Assembly: GCA_963702435.1 (NCBI GenBank)
Contig: CAVPCR010000004.1
Location: 416,001 to 480,000, forward strand
Direction of reading: 5' to 3'
DNA: 64,000 nucleotides
Origin: Candidatus Eiseniibacteriota bacterium
GTDB lineage: Bacteria > Eisenbacteria > RBG-16-71-46 > CAVPCR01
The first letter of the stretch is position 1. Every line of letters begins with the position of its first letter. The notes beneath the pieces are model-generated. The model ran no database searches. It was not told the origin of the DNA and saw nothing but the letters and a program-made list of their open reading frames with translations. A program made the translations under genes and the position numbers. Positions 9,634-20,308 of this stretch are shown here, in pieces.

Positions 9634-10874
9634 TGATCGACTGATACGTTGTACATGCCCCAACTGCCAGAGCCGTCCGTCTCGGTCGCCTGGTCAAATC
9701 GGAAGTAGAATGTGCCGCCGGGGACGGTAAACTGGTACTGTCCGTTGGGGTGAGTGTAGTAAAGTTCAGTAAGAAGATACTTCATCGCCCTATTGGTCTG
9801 TGGCCCTGTCACGTTGTCGTAGTCCTGGTAGAGATACCTTCCCAAGATGTCGAAGTCGCGGACGACGCGCACGGGATAAGGATCCACGGTGAAGCCGGTT
9901 TTGCGGGCGCGGATCTCGCCGGTCATCGCGGCGGTGCCGGCAGTGAAGCGGGCTTTGTGATCGGGAAGCTCGGTGATGGTGCCTAAAGATGCCGGGACGA
10001 GCCACCACTCCTCCATGTCGAGGATCGTACCCGGAGGATACTCGTACCAGAAGAGCATGCAGTATCCGCTTGTGACTTGAAAGTATGGGAAGTTAACGGA
10101 ACGGACAGGACCGGCTGTGCAATCACCCTGGTAGCGGGGACTCAGGGATCCGTGGTCACGGGCAGGGGGCTGGGAATGCGGGGGATCGATGCAACAAGGG
10201 TCAGGGCGCTTGTTGACCTGGGGTGCGACGTCTGGTTCGGGGGGAACAGAGACGGTGGGTGGTGGGGGAGTGGTGACGGGGTGGCTTGTGCTATCGCTTC
10301 GAGGTGCACCCTCTGGGTATGCCTGGAGGATGTCGTAGGCAAATGGCGGCGTGGGGGAGGAGGGATCAGGGGCGCGTGGACGGTAACCGTGGATGCAAAC
10401 AGGAAGGGATGCCGCTGCCAGAGGGGTATCGGGAGATGCAGGCCCGTCGGCCGTGCAGGACCACGGACGGATGGGGTTGATGCACTGTGCGCGGATGGTG
10501 TCGCTTCCGCAAGTGGTGGCAACGAAACGCACAGAGAGTTGGAGGGGCGTATGTGGCTTGAATGAACCACGCCAGTGCTTGCCCTTCCGCGTCAAGAGGA
10601 CACCGCCCTCACGCGTCCAGACGGTGCGCGACGTGGTGTCTTGGGGCGCAGCGATAGCTATGCCCGGACAACCGAGTGATGCCAGGGCAAGATCCATTGG
10701 CGCATCAGCGGTAAAGCTCGCAGTTACCGAGACCGTGTCCCCGACGCTAATCTCGGTCTTGGAAGCAGTGAGTTGAACGCGAACGTTCGGAGCAGGCTCT
10801 TGGGGCGCTGCGGAGGTCGAGGAGATTGCCAAAACAAATGCAGCGCAAGCAAGGGCCGGGTTGAGATGCTTCAT
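9634..10874 (-). pseudogene. N-terminal half of the interrupted secreted metallopeptidase
   Basis: GGAGG RBS and signal peptide MKHLNPALACAAFVLAISSTSA. The premature stop lies inside the transposon end. Confidence 0.8.
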
Positions 10875-11038
10875 ATCGGCCTCCTGCCTGCCGGGATGGG
10901 TCCCTGAATGATACTCCTGCGAAGAGCGGGGCAAGAAGAAATTGTGTATCCGCTAAGACGCTGCAACAACGACGGTTGCAATAGGCAGTGAAACGAGCGG
11001 ACCACGAGAGAAGAGACCGAAGGGACCGACCGATCATT

Positions 11039-12293
11039 TCATCCGGCGGCTGTCGGCCGCCAATCCACTCTGGGGAGCACCGAGGATTGTCGGCGAGCTC
11101 GCCAAGATCGGAATCGCCGTGACCAAGGCCACGGTCGAGAAGTACACGCTCGCCAACTGGCATCCCCACCTGCACGTGCTCGCCACCGACGGCGCCTTTC
11201 GGCCCGACGGCACGTTCGTGCCGCTCGGTGTTCACTCGCTCGCGGTGCTGACCGAGGCTTTCCGCCGCGCCGTGCTCCGCGCCTTCGTCCAGCGCGGCCT
11301 GTTCAGCGCCGAGGTGGCCGCCTCCATGCTCGCCTGGCCCCACTCCGGCTTCCATGTCCACAACGCCGTGCGGCTCGATGGGGATGACCTCGGCGGCCTC
11401 TTGCCGCTCGCTCGCTACGCAGCCCGCGCCCCCCTCGCCCTCACCCGCATCACCTACGACGCTGCAAAGCCGCAGGTCCTGGTTGCCTCCGACAAGGCCG
11501 AAGGGCCCACCGCCGGGACGCATGCCTTCGCTCCTCTCGACTTCCTTGCCCAGCTCCTCACCCACATCCCGCGCCAGGGCGAACACCTCGTGCGCTACTA
11601 CGGCGCGTATGCGAGCCGCACCCGCGGCACCTGGCGCCGGCAAGGGATCGGCCCCTGGGTCGAGCGGCAGCGCGGCGAGGGGGACGCGGAGGACGAGCCA
11701 CCGGGTGCACCCCGCGATGCCAACGCTGATCCTGGCGGTGACCCGGTGGTGCCACCTCCGGAACCGCTATCCCCATCGCGGGCCGCGCTCAGGAAGCGCT
11801 GGGCGGAACTCCTCCGTCGCCTCTACGAGGTCGATCCGCTGAGTTGCCCGCGGTGCGGGGGCGAGATGCGGATCATCGCCTTCCTCCTCGATCCACCGGT
11901 GATCGACGCCATCCTCCGCCACCTCCGCCGCGCTGCCTACGACGCGCGGGCCGGCCCGTGGGCGGAGGTGGTTGGGAGCAATGCGGTGGCGGGGGACGCC
12001 GGCCCGGCGGGGTGCGGCTAGCCCGGCCGGCCGCGGCCAGCGCGCGGTTTGGGGTGCTGCCGATCACCATCGGCAGCGCAAGGGGAGAGGTGCGCCCAGC
12101 CGCGACCGGGCGTCGGTCGGCGGGGCCGCATCGCGGTGCGGCGGCCGCGGCCACCCCGCGGCAACGTCGGGCCACGACGCGCAGTCGCCGGTCACGCCAC
12201 GCCGCGGACGCCTCCCGGTCGGTCGCGCGCGCGGCTTGGCTCCCCCTTCTCCTCCTCCTCCCAGGCTATTGACGAAAGGAAATTCCTATCCCT
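11039..12293 (+). mobile_element. IS91/ISCR-like copy 2, a further 5'-truncated version of the chimeric copy 1
   Basis: Matches copy 1 from tcatccggcggctg, including the ATVEKY/TLANWH junction, through aattcctatccct. Confidence 0.9.
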
Positions 12294-12724
12294 GAGATGC
12301 GGATCATCGCCTTCCTCCTCGATCCACCGGTGATCGACGCCATCCTCCGCCACCTCCGCCGCGCTGCCTACGACGCGCGGGCCGGCCCGTGGGCGGAGGT
12401 GGTTGGGAGCAATGCGGTGGCGGGGGACGCCGGCCCGGCGGGGTGCGGCTAGCCCGGCCGGCCGCGGCCAGCGCGCGGTTGGGGGTGCTGCCGATGATGA
12501 TCGGTTGCGCGAGGGGAGAGGCGCGCCCTGCGGGGATCGGGTGTCGCTCGGCGGGGCCGCTTCGCGGTGCGGCGGCCGCGGCCACCCCGCGGCAACGTCG
12601 GGCCACGACGCGCAGTCGCCGGTCACGCCACGCCGCGGTCGCCTCCCGGTCGGTCGCGCGCACCACCTCGCTCCCCGTTCTCCTCCTCCTCCCGGGCTAT
12701 TGACGAAAGGAAATTCCTATCCCT
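12294..12724 (+). mobile_element. 431-bp mini-copy of the element's 3' end, directly after the ori of copy 2
   Basis: Runs from gagatgcggatcatcgcc to aattcctatccct, with a 3' non-coding allele different from copy 2. Confidence 0.9.
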
Positions 12725-12738
12725 TATCCCTTATCCCT
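12718..12738 (+). repeat. (TATCCCT)3 at the IS ori end
   Basis: tatccct tatccct tatccct. Confidence 0.95.
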
Positions 12739-13453
12739 GCGGCCAGAAGGGGCTCGTCGTGATGCCCCAGGTCCTCGCGAACACCTCGGGGAGGACGAGC
12801 ATCGCCATGTCGCAGCGCACCCCGTCGCACTGGTGGGCGATACGGGACAGCTCGCCGAGCATCGCCTCCTGCAAGGCGGGGTTGCCGTAGTTCAACTGGA
12901 AGGTGTCGGGCCAGCCGTCAAAGTAAGGGTCGCGGCCGTACGCGAGGATCCGGTTCCCGGCGCGCGCCCAGTTCTGGGGCTCGGCCGCGAGCTTCGCCTC
13001 GGTCCCGGCCACGAAGTACTCGGCGTGCTCCGCCACCCACCGGTGGTCCGGCGCCATGTGGTTGGGGACGAAATCGAGGATCAGGCGGAGATCGCGGCGC
13101 CGGAGCCTCTCGCGCAGGCGGGCGAGAGCCTGATCACCGCCGAAGTCCTCGTGGACTCGGTAGTCGCGCACCGCGAAGCACGAGCCCGTGACGTCGGCCT
13201 CTGAGAAATCGGGCAGCACCCGCCGATACTCGGCGAGCCACTCGGGCTTCGACCGGGAGACGCGCCGCGCGGCGTCCCCCGTCTGCCAAACGCCGAGGAA
13301 CCAGACGAGGTCGAAGCCGTTCTCGGCCAGTTGGTCGAGCTCCTCATCCGTCACATCGTCGAGCGTCGCCGGGCGGCGGAGCTCCCGCGAGAGCTCCGCC
13401 AGCCTGACGCGCGTGTTGATCTGGAAGAGCGACGGGTACCGTGGTGAGGACAT
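12731..13453 (-). pseudogene. GH13 alpha-amylase family protein, 3'-truncated at the IS end
   Basis: LILDFVPNH, GRDPYFDGWPDT, DGVRCDMAML. It stops before the catalytic Glu/Asp regions, and the stop codon comes from the heptamer repeat. Confidence 0.85.
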
Positions 13454-13474
13454 CGCCGCCTCCTGGCACCCGGC

Positions 13475-16217
13475 CTAGCCCCCGCCCACTTGCTGGCGGA
13501 CCAGATCGGTCAGCACCTTCCCCTTCGACTCCCGGAGCACGGTCTCGGCGTCAAGGCGTCCGAACATGTCGAGGAGGCGGGCGACGACGCCCGTCCAGCC
13601 CGTCTGGTGGCTTGCGCCGAGGCCGGCGCCGTTGTCGCCGTGGAAGTACTCGTAGAAGAGGATCAGGTCCCGCCAGTGCGGGTCGGTCTGGAACTTCTCC
13701 GTTCCTCCGTACAGGGGACGGCGGCCGTTCTCGTCACGGAGGAAGATCGACGCGAGGCGCCGCGAGATCTCCTTGGCAACCGCGAAGAGCGTCATCCGCT
13801 TCCCGGACCCCGTCGGGCACTCGACCGTGAAGTCATCGCCGTAGAAGGCATAGAGGTTGAGGAGCGCGCGGACTATCAGAGCGTTCACGGGCATCCAGAT
13901 CGGGCCCCGCCAGTTCGAGTTGCCCCCGAACATCCCGGTGTCCGACTCCGCCGGCACGTACGTCACGTCGTAGCGCTGCCCCGCCACGTCGAAGACGAAC
14001 GGATGGTCCTTGTGGTGCCGCGACAACGACCGGATGCCGTACGGGCTCAGGAACTCGCGCTCGTCGAGCATGTATCCGAGGACGCGCTCGAGCTTCTTGC
14101 GGTTCAGGACGGAGAGGAGACGGCGGTTCGCGTATCCGATGAACCCCTCCTCCGTCGGGGCCACGTGCGCGAGGACCTCGGGGTGCCGCTGCCGGAAGAG
14201 CGCGATCAGATCACGGAGCTTCGGGTAACGTTCGAGAAGATCCCCCTCGAAGACCGTGGACGAGCAGAGGGGCAGGAGCCCCACCAGCGAGCGGATCTTG
14301 AGCCGCATCGCGCCGCCGTCCGGTAGCCGCAAGAGGTCGTAGAAGAAGCCGTCCTCTTCGTCCTACATCTCGTCCTTGTGCTTGCCGGGACGGTCCATGG
14401 CGTACGAGATCCAGATGAAGTGCTGGAGGAAGCGGTAGGCGTGCTCCTCGTACACCGGGTCCTCCTCGGCGAGGACAAGGGCGGTCTCGAGCATGTTCTG
14501 GCAGTAGAAGGCCATCCAGGCGGTCCCGTCCGCCTGCTCGAGGGACCCTCCCGTGGGGAGCGGCGCACTCCGATCGAAGATGCCGATGTTGTCGAGGCCG
14601 AGGAACCCGCCCGCGAAGACGTTCCGCCCGTCGGGATCCTTCCGGTTCAACCACCAGTTGAAGTTCATCAGCAACCCCTGGAAGGCGCGCTCGAGAAAGA
14701 TGACATCGGCGCGCCCGAGGTTCTGCTCGATCTGGTAGAGGAAGAGCGTCGCCCAGGCGTGAACCGGAGGGTTCACGTCGCTGAAGTTCCACTCGTAGGC
14801 GGGGATCTGCCCGTTCGGGTGAGCGTAGAGGCTCTGGAGCATCAGGAGGAGCTGTTCCTTGGCGAAGTCGAAGTCGACGAGCGCGAGCGACACGGTGTGG
14901 AATGCGAGATCCCATGCCGCGTACCACGGGTACTCCCACTTGTCGGGCATCGAGATCACGTCGCCGTTGAACATGTGGAACCACTCGGAGTTCCGGACTG
15001 AGCCCGGCCGGCTCCCGAGGAGCGGGTGCGCGTCGTGCTCGCCGAGCCACCGATCGACATCATAGAGATAGAACTGCTTCGACCAGAGCATCCCGGCGAG
15101 CGCCTGGCGGTGGACCCGCCGCTCGTCCTCGGTCAGCGTGCGAGGAGTGATCTTCTCGTAGAACTCGTCGGCGTCGGCGATCCGCGCCTCGACCGTCTCG
15201 TCGAAGCCCTTCCCGAAGTGGACCGCGGGGAGCACCGCTGCGAGGCGGAGCCGGACGACCTGGCACCCGCCCGCCGGCACGTCGAGCACGTACCGGGCTG
15301 CGGCCTTGGTGCCGGTCCGCGCGGGATTCACCGCAGCCGTCTCCCCGCCGACGACATAGCGGTGGAACGCGTCCTTCACGAACGGGGACGGATTGGGCTG
15401 TCCCCATAGGCGCTCGTTGTTCGTCTCGTTCTCAGTGAAGAGGAACTCCGGCTCGCCGTCACAGGCCAGCGTGTACGCGCCCAGCTCGGGATGCTCGACG
15501 CGGATCTTGACCGGCCCATCGGCCGCAAGCCGCGGCCGTTGCGCACCGGCGTCCCACGACCACGTGTTGCGGAACCAGAGCGTCGGGAGGAGGTGCAGGC
15601 GCGCCGGCTCGGGGCCGCGGTTGTGAACGGTGACGCGGATCAGGAGATCCTCCGGACCCTCCTTGGCGTACTCGAGGATGACGTCGAAGTAGCGATCCTC
15701 GTGGAACGCCCCGGTGTCGATCAGCTCGTACTCCATCTCCTGGCGCGAGCGACCGCGGTTGGTCTCGACCAGGTCCCGGTAGGGGAACTCCCGCTGCGGG
15801 TACTTGTAGATGGACTTCATGTAGGAGTGCGTCTGGGGTCGAGTCGACGTAGAAGTAGTACTCCTTGACGTCCTCGCCGTGATTCGCCTCGCTGTTCGTC
15901 AGGCCGAAGAACCGCTCCTTGAGAATCGGGTCCTTCTCGTTCCAGAGAGCGAGGGCGAAGCAGAGGCGCTGCTTGTCGTCCGCGATCCCGCCGATGCCGT
16001 CCTCGCCCCACCGGTAGGCGCGCGAGCGCGACTGGTCGTGGGTGAAGTAGTCCCAGGCGTTGCCGTCCGCGCTGTAGTCCTCGCGGACGGTCCCCCACTG
16101 CCTCTCCGAGAGGTACGGCCCCCACTTCTTCCAGGGGATCCCCTCCTCGCGGGCGTCATTCAGTCGCTTCTGTTCGATGCACTCGGTCAAACCTGCAGGT
16201 CGCGGAGAGCGGTTCAT
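13475..16217 (-). pseudogene. MGH1/GH63-like glucosidase with a frameshift (about 15832) and an in-frame TAG (14363-14365)
   Basis: [91 protein letters not shown]. Confidence 0.9.
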
Positions 16218-16591
16218 AGGTCGCTCCTCATCTCGACGCCGCCATCGGGTCTCGGCGGCGCGACCAGTACTTCGAGCGTCCCCCCGCAGCCGGCGGCCAT
16301 CGAATAGTCAGGGTACTCCGTTGCGGCCGCCGCGCAAGCCGTGTTCCCGGTGGCGGCGGTCTTGACCGCGCTCGGGTTCGACGTGCTCGTCGTCGCCCGG
16401 CGTGCCCGGGCCGACACGAGCACCTGGTGTCGAACGTCAGTTAGCGAGTCGATGACACAATCTTTGCCTTCTTGTCCGGCACTTCATCCCGCACCATGCT
16501 ACGATGCTCGTGTCTTGGGGCGCGTAGTCATCACTGCGTGCGGGTTCGCGATGCACACTAAATTGGAGTTCCACAGCCTGGGAGAAACACG

Positions 16592-17341
16592 ATGAAGACA
16601 CTGCCAACTTGCCTCCTCGTTGCGATCTCCGTGCTCGGCCTGGCCTCGCTGGCGGCAGCCCAGCAGACCCCGCGGCTGAACGAGATAGTAAGGAACGACG
16701 TCAGCACCGATGACCGCGAGTTCGTCGAGATCTGCGCCGAGCCAGGCACGAGCCTCGTCGACTACTGGATCATCGAGATCGAGGGTGAAGGGACCACCGG
16801 CAAGGGCCTGATCGACAAGGCGATCCGTCTTACCGGTACGGTCGGCGCGAGCGGGCTCTACACGATCGGCATGCCTCTGGTGACCTGCGCCGACCAGACG
16901 GACGCGCTCACGATCGAGAACGGCGGCGTCACAATTCTCCTGGTTCAGGGATTCACGGGTGCCGTCGGCACCGACCTCGACACCAACGACGACTGCGTCG
17001 CCGATGTTCCGTTCCCCGGGACCATCGTCGACGGCGTCGGCATGGGCATGCCGAGCGCCGGCGACTGCTACACCTACTACGGAGTACCGGGGTTCGGACC
17101 TGACACCGGCTCCGGCGGCACCGGCGACTTCGACCCAGCGGGGCTCGCCCGCTGCCAGGACTGCACGGGCAACTGGGGCATGATCTGCCTCGATGGGACC
17201 GAGGGCACCCTGTTCTGCTTCGCCAACAACCCGCAAGGGCTTTACAGCGTGGATGCGGCCTCGCCCTGCGCCCGCAACCTCTGCGGCGCGGTCCCCGTCG
17301 AGAACACGACCTGGGGTGCGATCAAGAACACGTACAAGTAG
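16592..17341 (+). CDS. Secreted protein with a lamin-tail-like domain and C-terminal TTWGAIK motif
   Basis: GGAG RBS, signal peptide, RLNEI...DDREFVEI, ends PVENTTWGAIKNTYK. Confidence 0.75.
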   Translation: MKTLPTCLLVAISVLGLASLAAAQQTPRLNEIVRNDVSTDDREFVEICAEPGTSLVDYWIIEIEGEGTTGKGLIDKAIRLTGTVGASGLYTIGMPLVTCADQTDALTIENGGVTILLVQGFTGAVGTDLDTNDDCVADVPFPGTIVDGVGMGMPSAGDCYTYYGVPGFGPDTGSGGTGDFDPAGLARCQDCTGNWGMICLDGTEGTLFCFANNPQGLYSVDAASPCARNLCGAVPVENTTWGAIKNTYK

Positions 17342-17378
17342 GCAAGCAGAGGGCGCTCGATAGAGATGCGCACGAACG

Positions 17379-17413
17379 CGCAGCCCCGGCGGAGACCCTC
17401 CGCCGGGGCTGCG
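17379..17413 (+). terminator. Perfect 16-bp hairpin after the gene (terminator-like, no U tract)
   Basis: cgcagccccggcggag-acc-ctccgccggggctgcg. Confidence 0.55.
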
Positions 17414-17843
17414 TGCTGTACGAGGACCGCACGAGTGTTTCGCCCGAGCAACCCGCCGCCATCGATGGCATCGCCACGGACATGTGCCCGCCCTACATCG
17501 AGTCGACCAAGGCGTAGGTGCCGGATCCCGCGAAGAAGAGCGTTCTGGCCATCGCGCGGGTACCGCAACCGGGCTCGGTTCCGCAACGCGATCCTCTTCC
17601 ATCCCGGAGACCTCGAGCTACATCCACGCCCCGCGGAAGTCATCCGATGAACTCACCCGCACGAAAGCTGGAAGAGCCCCATTTAATGTCATCCTCGCAT
17701 GAGATTCACGCTCCTATCGCACGCCGCCGCTAGCGTCATTCCCGGCAAGCGGAGGTGCCCCGAGTCCGGATGCTCGCGGCCGCGCGAGGGCCAGGCTCTC
17801 GGCTCCGCCTCCATCATGAGCAGGAACGTGGACAAGGGGGTAT

Positions 17844-19871
17844 GTGATGATGCGGCACTGGTTCGGAACTGGTTGCGTATTCCTGGCCTTCATGCTGTCG
17901 TTCACCGGTCTGGCGCAGGCGCAGGTCAAGAACTTCATCGTCATGATCAGTGACGGGTGGGGAGAATCGCAGATCGACGCCACCGCCTACTGGAACGGCT
18001 CCAACCCGGTCTACGAGACCGAGCCCGGCTGGACCAAGATCGGGATGAGCAACTACATGTACCAGCTGGGTAACGAGAACCCGCCCTACGGCAATCCGGG
18101 TTTCATCGGCATCCATGGTTACGATCCCGACTCGGCGTGGGCCGACTGGATGTACATGCAGAACTACGCTACCGACTCCGCCGCCGCCGCAACGGCCATG
18201 TCATGCGGAGAGAAGTCATACAACGGCGGCATCGGCTACAACTGGAATCATGTCTCGCTGACGCACATGTTCGAGCATGCAGAAGCGGCCGGCCTCTCCA
18301 CGGGCGTCGTGACGACCGTGCCCCTGAGCCATGCCACCCCGGCGGCCTTCCGCGCGCACAACATCCACCGCAACAATTACGCCGAGATCGCGCGTGAGCT
18401 GTTCGCGTCTCCGCTCAAGGTCGTCATGGGCGGCGGCCACCCGAACTACGGCGAGAATGGCCAGTGGGAGCCGGGTAATCCCTCCGTTCCCGCCGACTGG
18501 CGGTACGTAGGCGGTTACGACCAGTGGAACGACCTCGTGGCGGGCGTCGGCGGCTGGACCCTCATCGAGGAGAGGGCCGACTTCGAGGCGCTGGCCAACG
18601 GCACTCTGGTCGTCGACCGCGTCGCCGGCATTCCGCAGGTGGCTCAAACCGTGCAATACAATCGCGCGGGCATGCCGCCCTTCAACAGCACGGAGCCGCC
18701 CTACACTGTGCCCTTCATCGCGAACGTGCCGACTCTCGAGACCATGACCAGGGGCGCCCTCAACGTCCTGGAGCAGAATCCGCTCGGCTTCGCCCTGATG
18801 ATCGAGGGCGGGGCCATCGACTGGGCCGGCCACGGGCGCACGCTCGGGCGGCTGATCGAGGAGCAGAACGACTTCGACGCCTCTGTCGCGGCCGTCGTCG
18901 ACTGGGTCGAGACCAACAGCAACTGGAACGAGACGATCCTCGTCGTCACCGGCGATCATGAGACCGGCTTCCTGTGGGGCCCGGGGATCGATCCCGCCAA
19001 CTCGAGCACGTGGTTCATCCCGGTCCAGGACAACGGTCCCAGCAGCATGCCCGGCTTCTACTTCTACAGCGCTCCTCGCGACAACTGGCAGAATCCGACC
19101 AACGAAGCCGGCCACACGAACCAGATCATCCCCTTCTACATGAAGGGCGCCGCTTCCGCCGTCCTCGTCGCCTACGCGGACGAGTTCGACATGCAGTGGG
19201 GCGCTCTCGGCGGCTATGACGGCCGCTATCTGGACAACACCGAGCTAGGCCTCGGGCTCATCTCCCTGGTCAACACCACGACCCCGGTCGAGCTCGCCTC
19301 CTTCGAGCTCACGAGCACGGATGGCGTCGTCTCGATCGCCTGGGAGACCTCGTTCGAGGATCGGAGCGCGGGCTTCAACATCCTGCGCGCGACGGAGGGT
19401 GCGGCCGCGGTGCAGGTGAACGACCAGACGATCCCGAGCCATGGCGGGAACGGCACGGCTCGCTACGAGTTCGTCGACCGCGCGGTCGCACGCGGCGCCA
19501 CCTACGAGTACACGCTCGAGTCGATCGACCTGAACGGCGCGACCGAGCGTCACTCGCTCGGCCTCGTGACCGTGGCGACCGGGTCTCCGATCCGCCAGCT
19601 CAGCCTGAGTCAGAACACGCCCAACCCGTTCAACCCGACGACCCTGATCTCCTTCGAGATGGCTGCCGCCGGGCACGCGAAGCTCGACATCTATGACGCC
19701 GCCGGGCACCTGATCCGCACCCTGGTCGACAGCGCTCTGCCCGCCGACCGGCACACAGTGGAATGGAACGGACTCGAGCAGAGCGGCCAGGCGGTCAATT
19801 CGGGGATCTACTTCTGCCGCCTCCAGGCGGGTAGCAGCACCCTGACCCGCAAGATGACGCTCATGAAGTAA
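17844..19871 (+). CDS. Alkaline phosphatase (PhoA family) with C-terminal FlgD-Ig domain
   Basis: MISDGWG, TDSAAAATAM (catalytic Ser), SHATPAAF, EGGAIDWAGH, TGDHETG; QNTPNPFNPTT...SGIYFCRL. Confidence 0.92.
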   Translation: MMMRHWFGTGCVFLAFMLSFTGLAQAQVKNFIVMISDGWGESQIDATAYWNGSNPVYETEPGWTKIGMSNYMYQLGNENPPYGNPGFIGIHGYDPDSAWADWMYMQNYATDSAAAATAMSCGEKSYNGGIGYNWNHVSLTHMFEHAEAAGLSTGVVTTVPLSHATPAAFRAHNIHRNNYAEIARELFASPLKVVMGGGHPNYGENGQWEPGNPSVPADWRYVGGYDQWNDLVAGVGGWTLIEERADFEALANGTLVVDRVAGIPQVAQTVQYNRAGMPPFNSTEPPYTVPFIANVPTLETMTRGALNVLEQNPLGFALMIEGGAIDWAGHGRTLGRLIEEQNDFDASVAAVVDWVETNSNWNETILVVTGDHETGFLWGPGIDPANSSTWFIPVQDNGPSSMPGFYFYSAPRDNWQNPTNEAGHTNQIIPFYMKGAASAVLVAYADEFDMQWGALGGYDGRYLDNTELGLGLISLVNTTTPVELASFELTSTDGVVSIAWETSFEDRSAGFNILRATEGAAAVQVNDQTIPSHGGNGTARYEFVDRAVARGATYEYTLESIDLNGATERHSLGLVTVATGSPIRQLSLSQNTPNPFNPTTLISFEMAAAGHAKLDIYDAAGHLIRTLVDSALPADRHTVEWNGLEQSGQAVNSGIYFCRLQAGSSTLTRKMTLMK

Positions 19872-19900
19872 GGCCATTTGTCCTCCCACTTTCTGTTGAG

Positions 19901-19943
19901 CGAGGCCGAGGTGGCCCCTAGATTGGGGCCACCTCGGACCTCG
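19901..19943. repeat. Strong inverted repeat (terminator or IS-end remnant)
   Basis: ccgaggtggcccc-tagatt-ggggccacctcgg, extendable by cgagg/cctcg. Confidence 0.55.
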
Positions 19944-19999
19944 GAGACAGAGGGGATGGAGGGCGCGATGGCAAAGCTTCGCTCGCCGCGGGTCCTCAT

Positions 20000-20185
20000 G
20001 CTCCGGTCGCAGGAGCCGCCGGTGTCCTCCCGGCTCCTGGCGCGGGTGCGCGGTCACCAGGCGGAGACCCATCAAAGATGCGGACCGGGGCCCAGGTCTC
20101 CCGGACTTCGAGCCGGCGTCCGATGAAGGCGGCGGGAACCGAGTAGCGGTTGGCGTGCAGGTTGATGTAACCATCGACGCTGCAT
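20000..20185 (-). pseudogene. IS21 IstA C-terminal fragment
   Basis: VDGYINLHANRYSVPAAFIGRRLEVRE...VRIFDG. Confidence 0.7.
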
Positions 20186-20308
20186 CTCCTCACCGGGATC
20201 GAAGTGATAGTGACCGGGCAGGCGACCGCTGATCGCGCGCTGGTCGAGAAGGCCTATCGATTGCTCGTCGAGTTCCGGGACCGGGCCCCGGAGTCGTACC
20301 GCGGGAAG

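Larger units (their letters stand above)
6351..9634 (-). mobile_element. Three-gene Mu/IS481-like transposon (Zn/HTH protein, DDE transposase, ExeA-type ATPase)
   Basis: Imperfect 27-bp terminal inverted repeats TGTGAGCGTGGGCGCGGTGTTTGATGG and AGTCAGCGTAAGCAAGAAAGTTGATGG. Removing 6351-9633 restores the host reading frame. Confidence 0.85.

Noticed and set aside
12718..12738. Telomere or contig-end interpretation of (TATCCCT)n
   Set aside because: The repeats are internal, have at most three units and are always attached to the IS end.
14363..14365. Stop-codon recoding of TAG in the glucosidase
   Set aside because: TAG is a normal stop elsewhere (guaA, the transposases), and the same gene also has a frameshift.
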